A DNA stretch of 64,000 bases from Octopus vulgaris (Eukaryota): contig OX597822.1 in assembly GCA_951406725.2 (NCBI GenBank), forward strand, positions 116,870,001 to 116,934,000, read 5' to 3'. Position 1 is the first letter of the stretch. Each line of letters begins with the position of its first letter. Position numbers and translations under genes: made by a program. The notes beneath the pieces were generated by a model that was not told the origin of the DNA, made no database searches, and saw only the letters and a list, made by a program, of their open reading frames with translations. Positions 25,258 to 38,911 of the stretch are shown here, in pieces.

Positions 25258-27914
25258 TGGGTTGGCTTGAAATCACTTCAGCGAACGATGAACAAAATCA
25301 ACTCCAGTTGAATTCAGGCTCAGAATAGTGTTTAAACAATGGTATGGCACAACTACAGAAGATTGGTGCCCCATGCCGACTTTGTTTCCTCACACCTTTT
25401 CTTGTGAAATTTTGCAGAAATATAATTTTCTAAGTCGTACAGGACGATTATATTGATGAAAGTTTTTTTTTTATTTTGTGGGAAAGGGAATTTTTTTTTT
25501 TTTTACTCGGAAACTCGGACATTATTATTATTCTGATTGATATTATTCAGTATAATATACATACATAACACACACACACACACACACACACAAAAATAAA
25601 GCATACTAGATAGAAACGATTTGTGGGTCTATGACACCAAAACGGGATACGGTTAATATTAGACAACACAATTAAAACAGATGTTAATTAACTCCGCCAC
25701 AAGCATAAAAAAGGTTATCATGCACGCACGCACGCACCTACACACACACACCTGTGTTATATATATATATATATATATACATACACACACCTGTGTTTGT
25801 ATTCTTGTTTATGTGCGTGATAACCTTTTTTTTTTTTTTGTATATTTGTAGCAGAGTTAACATCAATTTTAATTGCAGCTGTTGTGTAATATTAACCCTA
25901 CCCCATCTCGCAACATACGTGTGTCTCCAAGACCCACAAAACCATTTCCAACTAGAATGTCCCATTTTATGCAGTCTTACGGAAGATTTCAATTTACCTT
26001 TCGTTGCTGCCGATGTTCGATAAAATAAGTCAAATGTTGGAAGTTTTAGTTAATCAACTCCCACCCGAAATATAACGAGTATCTCTTAACATTATAAAGC
26101 CTTTTGTTGTTCCTCGTTGGGTACTACTTGAGAACAGTGGTCCCGGTGCGCGCACTCGCGCATCCGCGCTAGCTGGTGGTGACTAGTCGATCCTTACTTT
26201 GTGATTTTGCGTTTTATTTACTTTGCTAGTTAGTCGTTGTAGGATCGACTAGTCACGACTAGCTAACGCGGATGCGCGATTACGCTAGTGCGCGCACCGG
26301 GACCGCTGTTCTCAAGTAGTACCCCTCGTTGCTTGATTTTTGTACTTTTATTCGACTGGGCTTTTGTGGTTAATAATAATAGAAATGAAAGCGTCCTAAG
26401 TGTAAGGGCAACTAAAACAAAATTTCAAGGCGAGGAGGGCCCAACGCGACTGATACGGTTTTTATTGCGCGGGGCACAGAAAATAACCAAGACAAGGGGT
26501 GAGCTCAACGAATTACAGAAAAAACATTTAGGAAAACTTCAGAGACAGGCAAGGCTGATCGTCAAAGTTATTTTTCATGTTTTGCAAATTCTAAGTTGTA
26601 AACAACAATCTACACGTGGCCCTTTTTTTTTACTCGCCTACCTATGATGGGGAGGGACGATGAGCGGAGAATGGGAGGGTACCGGGACTCAATTTAGGTG
26701 GCCTATTTATTCTTTTAATGATATCGTGTTTTAGTCATTAGTTGTTTCTTATTTACATTTCTATTCATTTTTATATTATATTACAAAACTTTCAACCCGT
26801 TGTATAACTTCTCTACCCTCCTCCTTTTATAGCGGACCACTCTTCTTAAATAGTACCCCTTTTATGTATATAATAAATAGTACCCCTTTTATATATATAT
26901 GTATCGCTCCACATGTGTTCTAGACCCTTTGTTTAACGTTCACTGTAGTTGTAGGCGCGAGCTTTGTGGTGAATTATTATCATTATTAATAAAAAATAAT
27001 AAGTTCTAATAATTAGTATAGATATCATATAACTACGGTTTCATGCCCCACTTCATATCCGATTTTACATCCTCATAACTTCCTTTATAACGCATATTTT
27101 TTCATTAAATTTTGCAGGTACGTTTTAGATGTACGTTGATGTCTTTTTTTTTTTTCTGAGAAAAGATATCTATAACCATTTTAACCACTTAATAACTTGT
27201 TCGTGATCATTTGCATTGATCATAATTTACCTCGACTGAATTGGAAGGCGAAACAAAAAATTCCAAGTTTACATTCACCCTATTACAAACCGAAAGTGCT
27301 ATTACTAAATACTTTCGATTTGTATTATGTAAATAAGTAAACCTTTTTTTTTTTTTTTTTTGGTTTATTTTTTTTGCGTGTCTTCCAATTAGAAATTCAT
27401 ACTGAATAATATCAATCAGAATAATGTCAGTTTCTGAATAAAAATGAAATCTCCTTCCTAATAAATAAAAACATTCTTCAATATAATCGCCCTGTACGAC
27501 TTAAAAACGTATTTCACTAAATCATGTATCATTAAGAAAGGTGTGAGGAAACCAAAGTCGTCAAGGGGCACTAATCTGTAGTTATGCCATACCATTGTTA
27601 ATATGAACAATATTCTTCTGAAAGGCGGCTGGTTGGCAGAATCGTTAGCATGCCAGACAAAATGCTAAGCAACATTTCGTCCGTCTGTATGTTCTGAATT
27701 CAAATTTCGCCACAGTCAACCTTGCCTTTCATCCTTTCGAGGTCGATAAAATAAGTGCCAGTTGAACACTGAGGTTGATGTAATCGACGTATCCCCTCCT
27801 CCCGAAATTACAGGCCTTGTGCCAAAATTTGAAATCAATCATAATATCCTAAGTCTCACTCCAACAGGAGTTGATTTTGCTGGTCGTTCGTTAAAGTGAT
27901 TTCAAGCCATCCCG
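25258..27914. mobile_element. Old non-autonomous DNA transposon with ~300 bp degenerate TIRs
   Basis: 25258-25555 is an inverted match to 27398-27914 (gggttggcttgaaatcac / gtgatttcaagccatccc). The right TIR is split by a SINE-B. Confidence 0.7.
26120..26323. mobile_element. GC-rich MITE with 8 bp TSD (Merlin-like GG...CC ends)
   Basis: ~75-80 bp TIRs ggtactacttgagaacag / ctgttctcaagtagtacc. Perfect TSD cctcgttg at 26112-26119 and 26324-26331. Confidence 0.85.
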
Positions 27915-29069
27915 AAAAGATTGACAGAATGGAGACAGAACGTGAGAGAATTCAAAATCGTGAGAGAGAAAGAGAGAGAGAGGTGGGGGTCAGTTTGGAA
28001 GGTCGTTGGCTGATCAACAGGGATTCTAGCCAGTTTGACAATTAACCGACCCAAAACAATGGGAAGGATTGACATATGATAACGTGTGTAGAGATAGAGA
28101 AACCATGCGGAAAAGCATATTCATAAATATATATACATGCACATGTATATAGATATACATATATATATATATTTACACACACGCACATATATTATATATG
28201 TGCACAGATACTCATATATTCTATGAATTTTACATGTGTATATATATTATATATGCATTATATATGCATTATATACATACGTATATTAATGCGTTGAAGC
28301 AGATTTTTCTATGGCCAGAGGTCCTTCCTGTCACTATTCCTCACCTGTTTCCAAATAAGGTAATACTTCCCCATGTCCCCAGACATGTTTTCAAGGACAT
28401 TTTCGGGAGCAAGGTACACAATTTGCATAGCGGTGACACTCGTTTACAGCCATCACACAAAGTCAAAGCAAGCAGACAGTAACACACTTAAATACACACA
28501 AACAGGCTACTTTCGTTTTCTGTCGACCAAATCAACTAAAACAAAATTGTGGTCAGCCCTTGGTTTATAGTAGAAAACACTTGCCCAAGGTTGCACACAG
28601 TGGGACCGAGTCCAAAACCATATGGTTGGGAACCAAACTTCTTTTCACATAGCCATGCCAATTATATCTATATATTCCTCTCCGTTGTCGTCATTTAACG
28701 TACGTTTTCCATGCTAGCAGGAGTCGGATGATTTAATTGAAGCTGGCAAGTTAGAAAACTGCACCCAGCTCCACTGTTTGCATTTGGCATGGTTTTTATG
28801 GCTAGATGCCATTCCTAACACCAACCACACACACACACAGGTTTCGATGTACTCAAATAGTCTGGGGTTTGGTCCCAGTGTGCAGCAGCATCAACAAGTA
28901 TATTCTTCTATGATCTCAGATTAATCAAGACCCTATGAATAAAATAGTGAAATTTGGTAGATGGAAACTGAGTAAAAGCTCTTTAAAATATACACATGTG
29001 ACCACGTGTGTATCGTTGGCGATTTTTTTCTCTCCGTCTTCCCTTTCTTGGATCTTTCCTTCTCCTATG

Positions 29070-29103
29070 TTTCCGACGAAGAGCTCCCCTTGAAACGTTA
29101 AAT
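29070..29103 (+). ncRNA. Degenerate minimal hammerhead motif
   Basis: ttt-CCGACGA-agagctcccctt-GAAACGTTA-aa, with palindromic AACGTT in place of helix III. Confidence 0.45.
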
Positions 29104-30506
29104 CCTCCTTCTTTCCTTTCCTTTCCTGAGCGTCCAATAATACTATACTTGTTCCATGTCCTCACGTTGTTGTATTTTCTCTTTGTGTTTTCATGTTTGG
29201 ATTAAGCATATATATATATATTATACATGTGCATACGCACATAAAGGAAGGTAGATAGATTCGGTGCTGTGTAGTGGGACTGAACCTATGACAACATTCT
29301 CGTTTGTAGTTACTACCCTCCTAGACAGAACAGAGGACAAACCCACACTTGTGCATTTCCGTTTTGGCTTGGTTTGCACAGTTGGATGAATTTCCTATCA
29401 CCAAAAATAAGAAACCTTTTGTTACTAACAGAGGCAATAGCTCCCTCACCATTCTGCAACCTGTTCTTATTCCAGGGACTGGACTTTTAGAACATCCGCT
29501 TCCAGAGTTGATTAAGTCTGCAAGGTAACAGAACCTTTCCACTACCTTTAAGGACCTTCTTGGGTATTTGAGAGAATCTATCGCATGCAGAGTTTTCTGT
29601 CATTGTTAAAAGGAAACGGTCAGCAGAGACTTCAAAGTTTCAGCTTGCATGCTTCCATCAGATTCTTTGATGCAGGTAAGTAAGCCAAAACTTCAAAGTA
29701 ACTGTCAACCTTGCTTGTAAAAGTTTATACACACACACACACACATACATGTATGTCTATACTCACAACTGGCAGTTACAACAACAAGGGTTCCACTTGA
29801 TCTGATCATGAAATTAACATGCAAGTGGCTGAGCATTCCACAGACACGTAACTCTTAATGTAGTTCTCAAGGAGATCCAGCGTGACACAGAACATGACAA
29901 AGCTGGCCCTTTGAAATACAGGTACAACTCAGTTTTGCCAGCCGAGTGGACTGGGGCAATGTGAAATAAAGTGTCTTGCTCAAAAACAGAATGTGTTGCT
30001 GGGAATTGAACTCACAACCTCATGATCGTGTGCTGAATACCCTAACCACTAAGCCACAGAAAGTATGACCAAGAAGTTTGCTTCCCAACCATGTGGTGTC
30101 AGGTTCAGTCCTACTGCATGGCAACAATTGTCTTCAACTAAAGCCCTATGCTGACCAAAACCTCGTGAGTGGGTTCGGAAGATGGAAATTGATAAAGAAA
30201 CCCATCACATATATATGTGTGTGTGAGTTGTTTGTACATAGGGTATTCTTGTTTCGACATCATGGAACTGTTGTAAAAGAGCTTCACAGTCTTACAAGCA
30301 ATGCTGTTTTGTGTCCAGTCTTCCATGGAACAAAACCGTCTGGCCATATGGAAATATTATGCTGAGGATTGGTGACAGGAAGGACATGTGGCCATAGAAA
30401 ATCTGCCTCAACAAATTCTATCTAACTCATGCAAGCATGGAGAAGTGGACATTACGTGATGATTTAAGCATAAGTGTATGTGCACAGGTATATGTATATT
30501 GTAATA

Positions 30507-30559
<53 letters not shown>

Positions 30560-30564
30560 AGTTG

Positions 30565-30880
30565 TGAAGGTGCGTGGCTTAGTGGTTAGGGCATTCAGCT
30601 CACGATTGTGATTCAATTCCCGGCGACGCGTTGTGTCCTTGAGCAAGACACTTTATTTCACATTGCTCCAGTCCACTCAGCTGGCAAAAATGAGTTGTGG
30701 CTGTAATTCAAAGGGCTGGCCTTGTCACACACTGTGTCACGCTGAATTTTCCTGAGAACTACATTAGGGGTACACTTGTCTGTGGATTGCTCAGTCACTT
30801 GCACGTTAATTTCACAAGCAGGCTGTTCCGTTGATCAGATCAGCCGGGACCTTCATCGTTGTAACCGACAGAGTGCTCCC
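30565..30880 (+). mobile_element. tRNA-derived CORE-type SINE, family C (others ~29778-30058 and ~63290-63850, minus)
   Basis: gcgtggcttagtggttaggg...ttcaattccc...tgtgtccttgagcaagacactt. Confidence 0.85.
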
Positions 30881-31084
30881 CTATATATAAGTTGTAATAA
30901 TGAAGCAAACCAATTCTACTCTGTGAAAGGACCTGATCTGATTTCGGGTTGGGTTAGGTTAGCGCCCCTACTTAAGTGTAAATGTATAATAGATATACGG
31001 AGGAATTAAACACCAGGATCAAGTTAGGAAGATCAGAGAGAAAGTCTTAGCTCAGTTGATCTGTGATGAGTAGTCTTGGATGAG

Positions 31085-32240
31085 ATGCAATCTTCCTAGT
31101 GTAGTAACAACAAGAGAAATACCTGGGTAAGAATAAACCACTATACCTGGCTTTCATTGATTTAGCATTTGACAGGGTACCACGTTCAGTTTTCTGATGG
31201 TTACTGAGGAAACCAGGATGCAGTAAAGTGAGAGTTGGCAATGGCTTTAGTGATGAATTTAGCATGGAAGTTGGAGTCCAGGGTTCAGTCCTCACTCCTC
31301 TCTTATTTATGCTACAAGCCATCACAATGGAGTTTAAGACTGGCTGTCCAAGGAAACTCCTATGTGCTGATAACAGTTCTCACAGCTGAATCTATAGGGG
31401 AATTAGAGAAGAAATTCCAGGCATGGAAGCTAAACCTGAAATTGAGAGACCTTAAGGTAAACCTAGCAAAGACAAAGGTTTCTGTAAGTAGGAAAGAAGG
31501 CAAAACCCTGGTACCTTCAGGGAAATGGCTTTACTTGATATGTCAAAAACAAATTAGTATAAACTCTATATACTGTTCTCGGTGTAAGTTATGGACACAC
31601 AAGAGATTTAGTGGAATTACTAGCAGACTATCCAGAAATGTAAGTTTCATATGCAATAACTGCACCGGAACAGTTCATAGAAGCACATGAGAAAGTGATT
31701 CTCTTAAATGCCCAGATGGCTCACTAGAAATAGTTGATAGCTTTTGTTAGCAAGGGGATGTAATTAGCAAGAGAAGTGATTGTTCTGAAAGTGAAGTAGC
31801 TCAAGTGAGAACTGATAGGAGAAAGTTCAGGGAGCTACTAGCACTGATAACAGCGGAAGATCTTTTCCACAAGAGTAAAGGGCAGAAGTCTATGGTGCTA
31901 GTGTTAAAACTGCAATGCTGGGTGGTATGAAAGATGGGCCTTGAATGTAGAGGACCTGAGAAGACTGGAAAGAAATGAAGTAAGTATGCTTTGTTGGATG
32001 TGAAGCATGAGTGTACGTGGAAGAATTAGTACAAAGGTGTTGAGTGAAAAACTGGGCATAAGAAGAATCAGATGTTGCGTGCAAGAAAGAAAATTGTACC
32101 GGTATAGATATGTGATGCGTATAGATGAAGAAAGTTGTAACCTGGGATGAAGTGGCTGAGGCCGACCTCAGGACTCTGAGGCTGATGGAGGAAATGATGA
32201 AGGACCCAGATCTCTGGCAATATGAGATTTTCAAAAAGAC
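31085..32240 (+). pseudogene. Decayed RTE ORF (RT C-terminal half, PHD-like finger, C-terminus)
   Basis: Fragments such as LKVNLAKTKV, CSRCKLWTHKR and TWDEV, with frameshifts. Confidence 0.85.
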
Positions 32241-33307
32241 TTACCCTCTTCAGCAAAAGAGAGTTCTAGAAGTGATATGTATTGTGCTCTGCACCCCTGT
32301 TACAGTGACTGCCCCCTACCCCCACCCATGCATTAGGCATACCCCTTTTCCACCCTCCCTGACTCCTGCAGACTACCAACAATGTCCTGCCTCTCTCTCT
32401 CTCTCTTGTCCTCCATCTGATGCTGATCTTCTTAATGCTACTTGTCACCACCCCATTACTCTCTTCTGATTCCTTTTATTCCCCCCCCCCCCGATCCATG
32501 GCTCCTTGTTCATCCACCCTTCAATGCTACCCATTCTGGTAGTCGGCCTCTCTTCGTTTCTTCATTCTCCTTCCCATGCAATCTTGCAAACTGATACTTA
32601 AAACTCACTCTGTGGCCTGTGGGGTAACCAAGGTACCTCATTCCCTGTATCTCTTGTGGCCCCTACTGTTCATTTTCTCTTTCTCTCCCTTTCCCCTACT
32701 AGCTGTGAATAATCATGCCGATTCTCTACAAGAGCCTGCACAGCCCCCTTTTCTCGTTCAACCTCCTCATCCCCTAGCATGAGGCTGAACCACCACCACC
32801 ACAGGGTTTCAAGTTCTGTGAGCAGCATGGCAACCTCAATAGTGCAAGTAGCATGGAAAAAAAGCACCCAGGACATACTGTAAAGTGTTTGACATTAGGA
32901 AGGGCATTCAGCCATACAGACCAAGCCAAAAGAGATATTGGAGCACAATGAAGTCCTTGGACACATCAGATCCTGCCAAACTGTCAAACCCATGTTAGCA
33001 CGGATCAAAGACGATGGTGTATATTGTATGTATGTGTGTACATATATATATGTATGTATATATATATATATATACATACACACACACACACATATTACTC
33101 TTTTACTCTTACTTGTTTCAGTCATTTGACTGTGGCCATGCTGGAGCACCGCCTTTAGTCGAGCAAATCGACCTCAGAACTTATTCTTTGGAAGCCTAGT
33201 ACTTATTCTATCTGTCTCTTTTGCCGAACCACTAAGTTATGGGGGTGTAAACACACCACCATCGGTTGTCAATGATGTTGGGGGTCAAACAAAGACACAA
33301 ACATATG

Positions 33308-33342
<35 letters not shown>

Positions 33343-34631
33343 GACAGGCTTCTTTCAGTTTCCATTTACCAAATCCACTCACAAGGCTTTGGTCGGCCCG
33401 AGGCTATAGTCGAAGACACTTGCCCAAGGTGCTACGCAGTGGGAATGAACCCGGAACCATGTGGCTGGTAAGCAAGCTACTTATCAAACAGCCACTCCTG
33501 GGCCTATCATATACATAAACTTGCACACCCACACATACATAGCTATGTGAATATTTATATGTATACATGTACATTTATGTGTGTATGTACATTTATATAA
33601 ATATGTATGTGTGTATGTATATATACACTCTCACACACATACACCCAAACACACATATATAATGTTCTTCTTTGGTTGTCACTTGTAACTGTATATAAAC
33701 TTTCTGGTATTTTTTTTTTCTGTATTACTATGTGGGACAGTTGAAGAGAGATCCTCTTCAGCAATTGCTGGAACTAAAGTACACACAACCACGTCTCACT
33801 GGATTACGGGTGATTTCTATGGTTTTTACAGATACTGAACTGTCTCTCTCCACTTCCCTCACTCTCTCTCTGACACCTTCAGCAAGTGTCTTCTGCAACA
33901 GCCCTTGGCTGAGTGAAGCTTTGTGATTGGACTTGGTAGACGGAAACTAAAAGAAGCCCATCTCATATATATATATATATATATACATGCCTACATACAT
34001 ATGTGTGTGTGTGTGTGTGTGCATATATCTATGTGTGTTTGTGTTTTCCCCCACCACTGCTTGTTAACAACTGGTGTTGGTTTATTTACAACCCTGTACG
34101 GTAACATAGTCAGTTCAGCAAAAAGAAACTGATAAAATAAAGTACTTTTAAAAATAAACGTACTGGGGTTGATTTGTTCAGCTAAACCTTTCGAAGGCAG
34201 TGCCCCAGCATGGTCACAGTTTAACGACTGAAACAAGTAAAAGATGAAAGAAAGAAAGATAGATAGATAGATATATATGAAGGGCATTCAACTGTAGAAA
34301 ACCATGCCAAATCAGATTGGAGCCTGGTGCAGCCTTCCAGCTTACCAGCGTTGGTCAAATTGTCCAACCCATGCCAGCATGGTCAACAGACATTAAATGA
34401 TGATGATGATGATATATAATTATGCCAAGGACCTAAAACCCTTTTAGGAATGTTTGCATCCTAGTTCTCCAGTTTTTAACAGTGTTCAGTGAAAAACTAA
34501 ATACATTAGTGTTTCATCAATGATTAAGGGTAATTATATTAATTAGGAATGAGAAAAAGAAGAAAATGGAGAAATTGACATAAAGATGTCAGTTTATTCA
34601 AAGATATTCAAATCAATAAATGAAAATCTTA

Positions 34632-34736
34632 CCCCTACAGCCGTTTCATAGTCAATTAATTCAAAGAAATTAAATTAAATCAAATTGATTTAAGATTTTC
34701 ATATTGAAACTGGTTAATTGGATATTTCATCAGGGG
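34632..34736 (-). ncRNA. Type I hammerhead motif
   Basis: Minus strand reads ccc-CTGATGA-a ata tc caattaa...ttaattg ac tat-GAAAC-ggct-GTA-ggg, followed by AATAAA. Confidence 0.7.
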
Positions 34737-35666
34737 AGAATATTCCAGACAGGAGTTACATTCCAATGTGTTGGTCGACCAACCCATGACGGATTAATTT
34801 GAGTCTGCCAAGCGTCAGCTGACATACACACACACACACACACATGCACATATGTAATACATAAATACATTATATGCAGTGCAGGATGGCCTAGAAGCTC
34901 ACTTCGTAAAGCACAAGGTTCCAATTTCAAACACTAAGTGACATCTTGGGCAAATGACATTTTCTATAGACTTAGATCAACTTATACTTTGTGAGTGGAT
35001 TTGGGTAAATGGAAACTATACAGAAGCCAATTAGATGGATTATACACGTGATTCAAAATGTACAGCCTAATCAAGCAGTGTGCCACACTGACTGTGCCGG
35101 AGCACATACATTATGGGTACAAATGTGAGTGGAATGTTCAACCCATTACATATAGGACATGCAGCTGTGGGAACCGTGCCAAAGTAGAAATTGGTGCACA
35201 ACACCATCCTGCAACTTCCCAAATCTTGCCAAACTGCCCAACCCATGTCAGCATGGAGGCCAGATATCAAATGATGAAATTGAAGACCATGATGCACATG
35301 TATATATATATATATATAGGCACGGGTGAGGCTGTGTGGTAAGCTTGCTTCCCAACCATATGGCTCTGAACTCAGTGCCACTGCATGGTTCCTTGGGTAA
35401 GTGTCTTCTACTGTCGCCTCAGGCCAAGCAAAGACTTGTGAGTGGATTTGGTAGACAGAAACTGAAAAAAGCCCGTTGTGTATACATATATATATATGTG
35501 TGTGTGTGTGTGTTCCCCCATCACTGCTTGACATTCGGTGTTGGTATGTTTACATCACTGTAACTTAGGAGTTTGCCAAAAGAGATTGATAGAATAAGTA
35601 CTAGCCTTAAAAAAAAAGTCCTGGAGTCAATTTGTTCAACTACAACTAGGCCATGTGCCTTCACAG

Positions 35667-35701
<35 letters not shown>

Positions 35702-36619
35702 TACATACAAAATATAAGATGATGATGATGGTGTATATACGTGTGTATACACACACACACACACATATATATATCACTGTACATTCCTTTTCCATGTGTT
35801 GGATGGGTCAACACAGTTTGAGTCATGTGTTAATGGGAGCCATAAACTGGTGCTCATACATGTCATTTAGCTTGGTTTCAATGCTTGAATGCCCTTTCTA
35901 GACATGGATGAGAAGAACACGAGTCTAAGTTTAGAGAATATGCAAAAAACAAAACAAAAAGAACAGGCCAGTCATACTGACCCATGTGGCCAGGAAAAAC
36001 TAGAAGAGAGAGAGTGATGACATCAGGGGGGTCAAGAATGGGTGGGTGAAAGGAGCAGGGGTACGATGCAAAAGCAGGGTTCTTTGATGTGTAATCAGGA
36101 GGGGCGTAACAGACATCAGCTGAGATGGACAAAGTTAAGGGGTTGATGATGAGATAAAGGTAAGAGGTGACATGTGGCAGCAGAGGTGGCCCAGAGTAGT
36201 TCAGATGGAGTTAAGGAGAGAAGCTAGAAGTAAGACAAAGTGATGTGTTGCTAGAGAAATGGCTTAGAGAGGAGAAAGAGAGATGGTGGTTGGTAATACA
36301 GGTCAAAGACATAGTGTATATGGTAGAAGAATGAAGGTAGTCTGATGCAGTCTCTTATGAATAAGAGATTCCTCATCCATCACAGATGGATGAGGAAGTC
36401 AGGGTGACAAGGAAGAGTGATAAGGATGGTGCTCTTAGCACAAGTGTTGGAGAGATGAGACATGGTGTTCTATGAGTGAGAAGGGTGGATAAAAGATAGA
36501 AGGGGAGATAAGGGTGTAAAATAGGAAGGGGTAGCAGGTTATAAGCTTTGCAGGGTAGAAAATATCTCAGCTTCTAAATATTATCCTCACCTATGTTTTT
36601 GCCGTAGGTGATCAAATCT

Positions 36620-37550
36620 TTTACACCACCATGTGACACTACTGACTCTAGATCAGTCTTCATTACTTCATTCCAAATCTTCCTAGGCCTCTCTCTTCCA
36701 CTGGCCCCATTTACTGTGGCAGCTCAGCACTTCTCTATGCTAACAGCTTTCTGTTTTACACATTGCATCCAATTCCCCTTCTTCCCAGTGTCTCTCTCAG
36801 CTCATACCTGTCCTGGTCTTCGTGCACAATAACATCACACATCTATCAAAGCATACTTGCTTCATTCTTTCTCACCTTCACAGGTTCCCTGGCATTTAAT
36901 GCCCACACACTGCAGCGGTGCTGTTCTAATACAAACGTCATACAATCTGTCCATCACTCCGAGGGAGAAGACTGTTACCAGCAGAGGTAATATATTTCTT
37001 TACTACCCAAAAGGGGCTAAACACAGAGGGGACAAACAAGGACAGACAAACGGATTAAGTCGATTACATCGACCCCAGTGCGTAACTGGTACTTAATTTA
37101 TCGACCCCGAAAGGATGAAAGGCAAAGTTGACCTCGGCGGAATTTGAACCCAGAACGTAACAGCAGATGTAATACGGCTACGCATTTCGCCTGGCGTGCT
37201 AACGTTTCTGCCAGCTCTGAACTTTTTCCACCCTGTTCTTACCCTAGCTTCTATACTACCTAACATACATATTTCCTCACTTATATCATTCATGTAACAT
37301 AAACTACTGACTACTTCCAGTAAGCAGCCTAGCATATAAAAAAAGGGTCTATGTCCAGTGTGCCCTTAATGTGTCTTGCACCAGTGCAACTGCCACATGT
37401 GAAACTTGCCTTCACTTCAGCCTGTTTCTCATTCCATTGCTCATCATCATGTGTCCATTGTTTACATTGGACAGAGTAAATGGAGATGCTACCTGTTCCT
37501 TTTCCTGCATACTGAGTAAGGAAAGCCATTTTCTTGAGGGTACCAAAACG
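36620..37550 (-). pseudogene. Highly decayed RTE C-terminal fragment interrupted by SINE-B
   Basis: ARVRTGWKKFR, QCKQWTH and FTCGSC remnants. Confidence 0.65.
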
Positions 37551-37722
37551 CATACATGCTGTATGTATAGGTGCAGGTGTGGTAAGAAGCTTGCTTCCTA
37601 GCCACATGGTTCTGGGTTCAGTCCCACTGCGTGGCACCTAGGGCAAGTGTCTTCTACCATAGCCTCGGCCCAATCAAAGCCTTGTGAGTAGATTTAGTAG
37701 GCGGAAACTGAAAGAAACCCAT

Positions 37723-37761
<39 letters not shown>

Positions 37762-38841
37762 CTATGTGTCTGCATGTCTGAATTTGTCCCCCTCATCACC
37801 GACTGACAACTGGTGTTAGTGTGTTTATGTCCCTGTAACTTAGCGGTTTGTCAAAAGAGACCAATAGAATAAGTACTAGATTTACAAAGAATAAATCCTG
37901 AGGTAAATTTCCTCGACTAAAACCCTTTAAGGCAGTGCTCCAGCATGGCCACAGTCATATGACTGAAACATGTAAAAGAATATATATATATATAGTTTAT
38001 AGATCCATTTGACAACCAGTGTAGGTTTACTTACATCCTCATAGTTTGGCAATACAGCAAAAAATATATCGAGAAAATTAATATCAGACTTAAAATAAGT
38101 ATTGGAATCAACCTGATCGGCTAAAAACAAAAAGAAAAAAATCTTCAAGGTGATGCTCCAGCATGGCCTAAGTGCAATGGTTGAAACAAGGCAATATATT
38201 ACACACATATATATAAATATACACCTTACCCCTATTACTCATCTTTTGCTCATTCTCTCCTCTTCTCACTTTGCTATGACTAAGGATAGGAGCGGAGGTC
38301 TGCTCGCACAAGATTACTTCCAGTGCAACTTGGGGGATACCAACAACGTATGTGGCCCTCCCCCGAACAATCTAGAACCTCCATCTCGCACCCTTATCAC
38401 CCTAGCTCTCTTATCCGTTCTGCGGCGGACACACGTAAGGGACAGCATTAGACGTAGAGATGTACCTCATTAGCTTCACCTAGACTCCTTTTGACCATTT
38501 CATATGGGCATCCATCATTCTCTCTCACCGTTTATTCATCTCTTGCTAACTGTACTGGCATTTATAATAAACTGCACCCAGTAGACCCAGCTGAGTGGGG
38601 TACTGGAAGGGCTTTTTAGCTCTGTGCTCCTTGTACACAACAAATTGGTTGATGTTACGAAGTGCATCCTACTATAAAAACCAGGTCAAAAATGAAACTT
38701 ACAACTAAAATATGGTTCTCCAATCAAAGAAAGCAGCTATGATCTGTTTTACCTATACCAGCATGGAAAATGGATGCAAAATGAATACGATGATGATGAT
38801 GATGAGATATTACGCTTATTATATAAACTTACATATCATAT

Positions 38842-38872
<31 letters not shown>

Positions 38873-38880
38873 AAAATATG

Positions 38881-38911
<31 letters not shown>

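Noticed and set aside
26288-26647. 119 aa ORF
   Set aside because: Starts inside a MITE TIR and has no recognisable domain.
30565-30630. tRNA-like sequences here and at other SINE heads
   Set aside because: No complete cloverleaf, and each continues directly into a SINE body.
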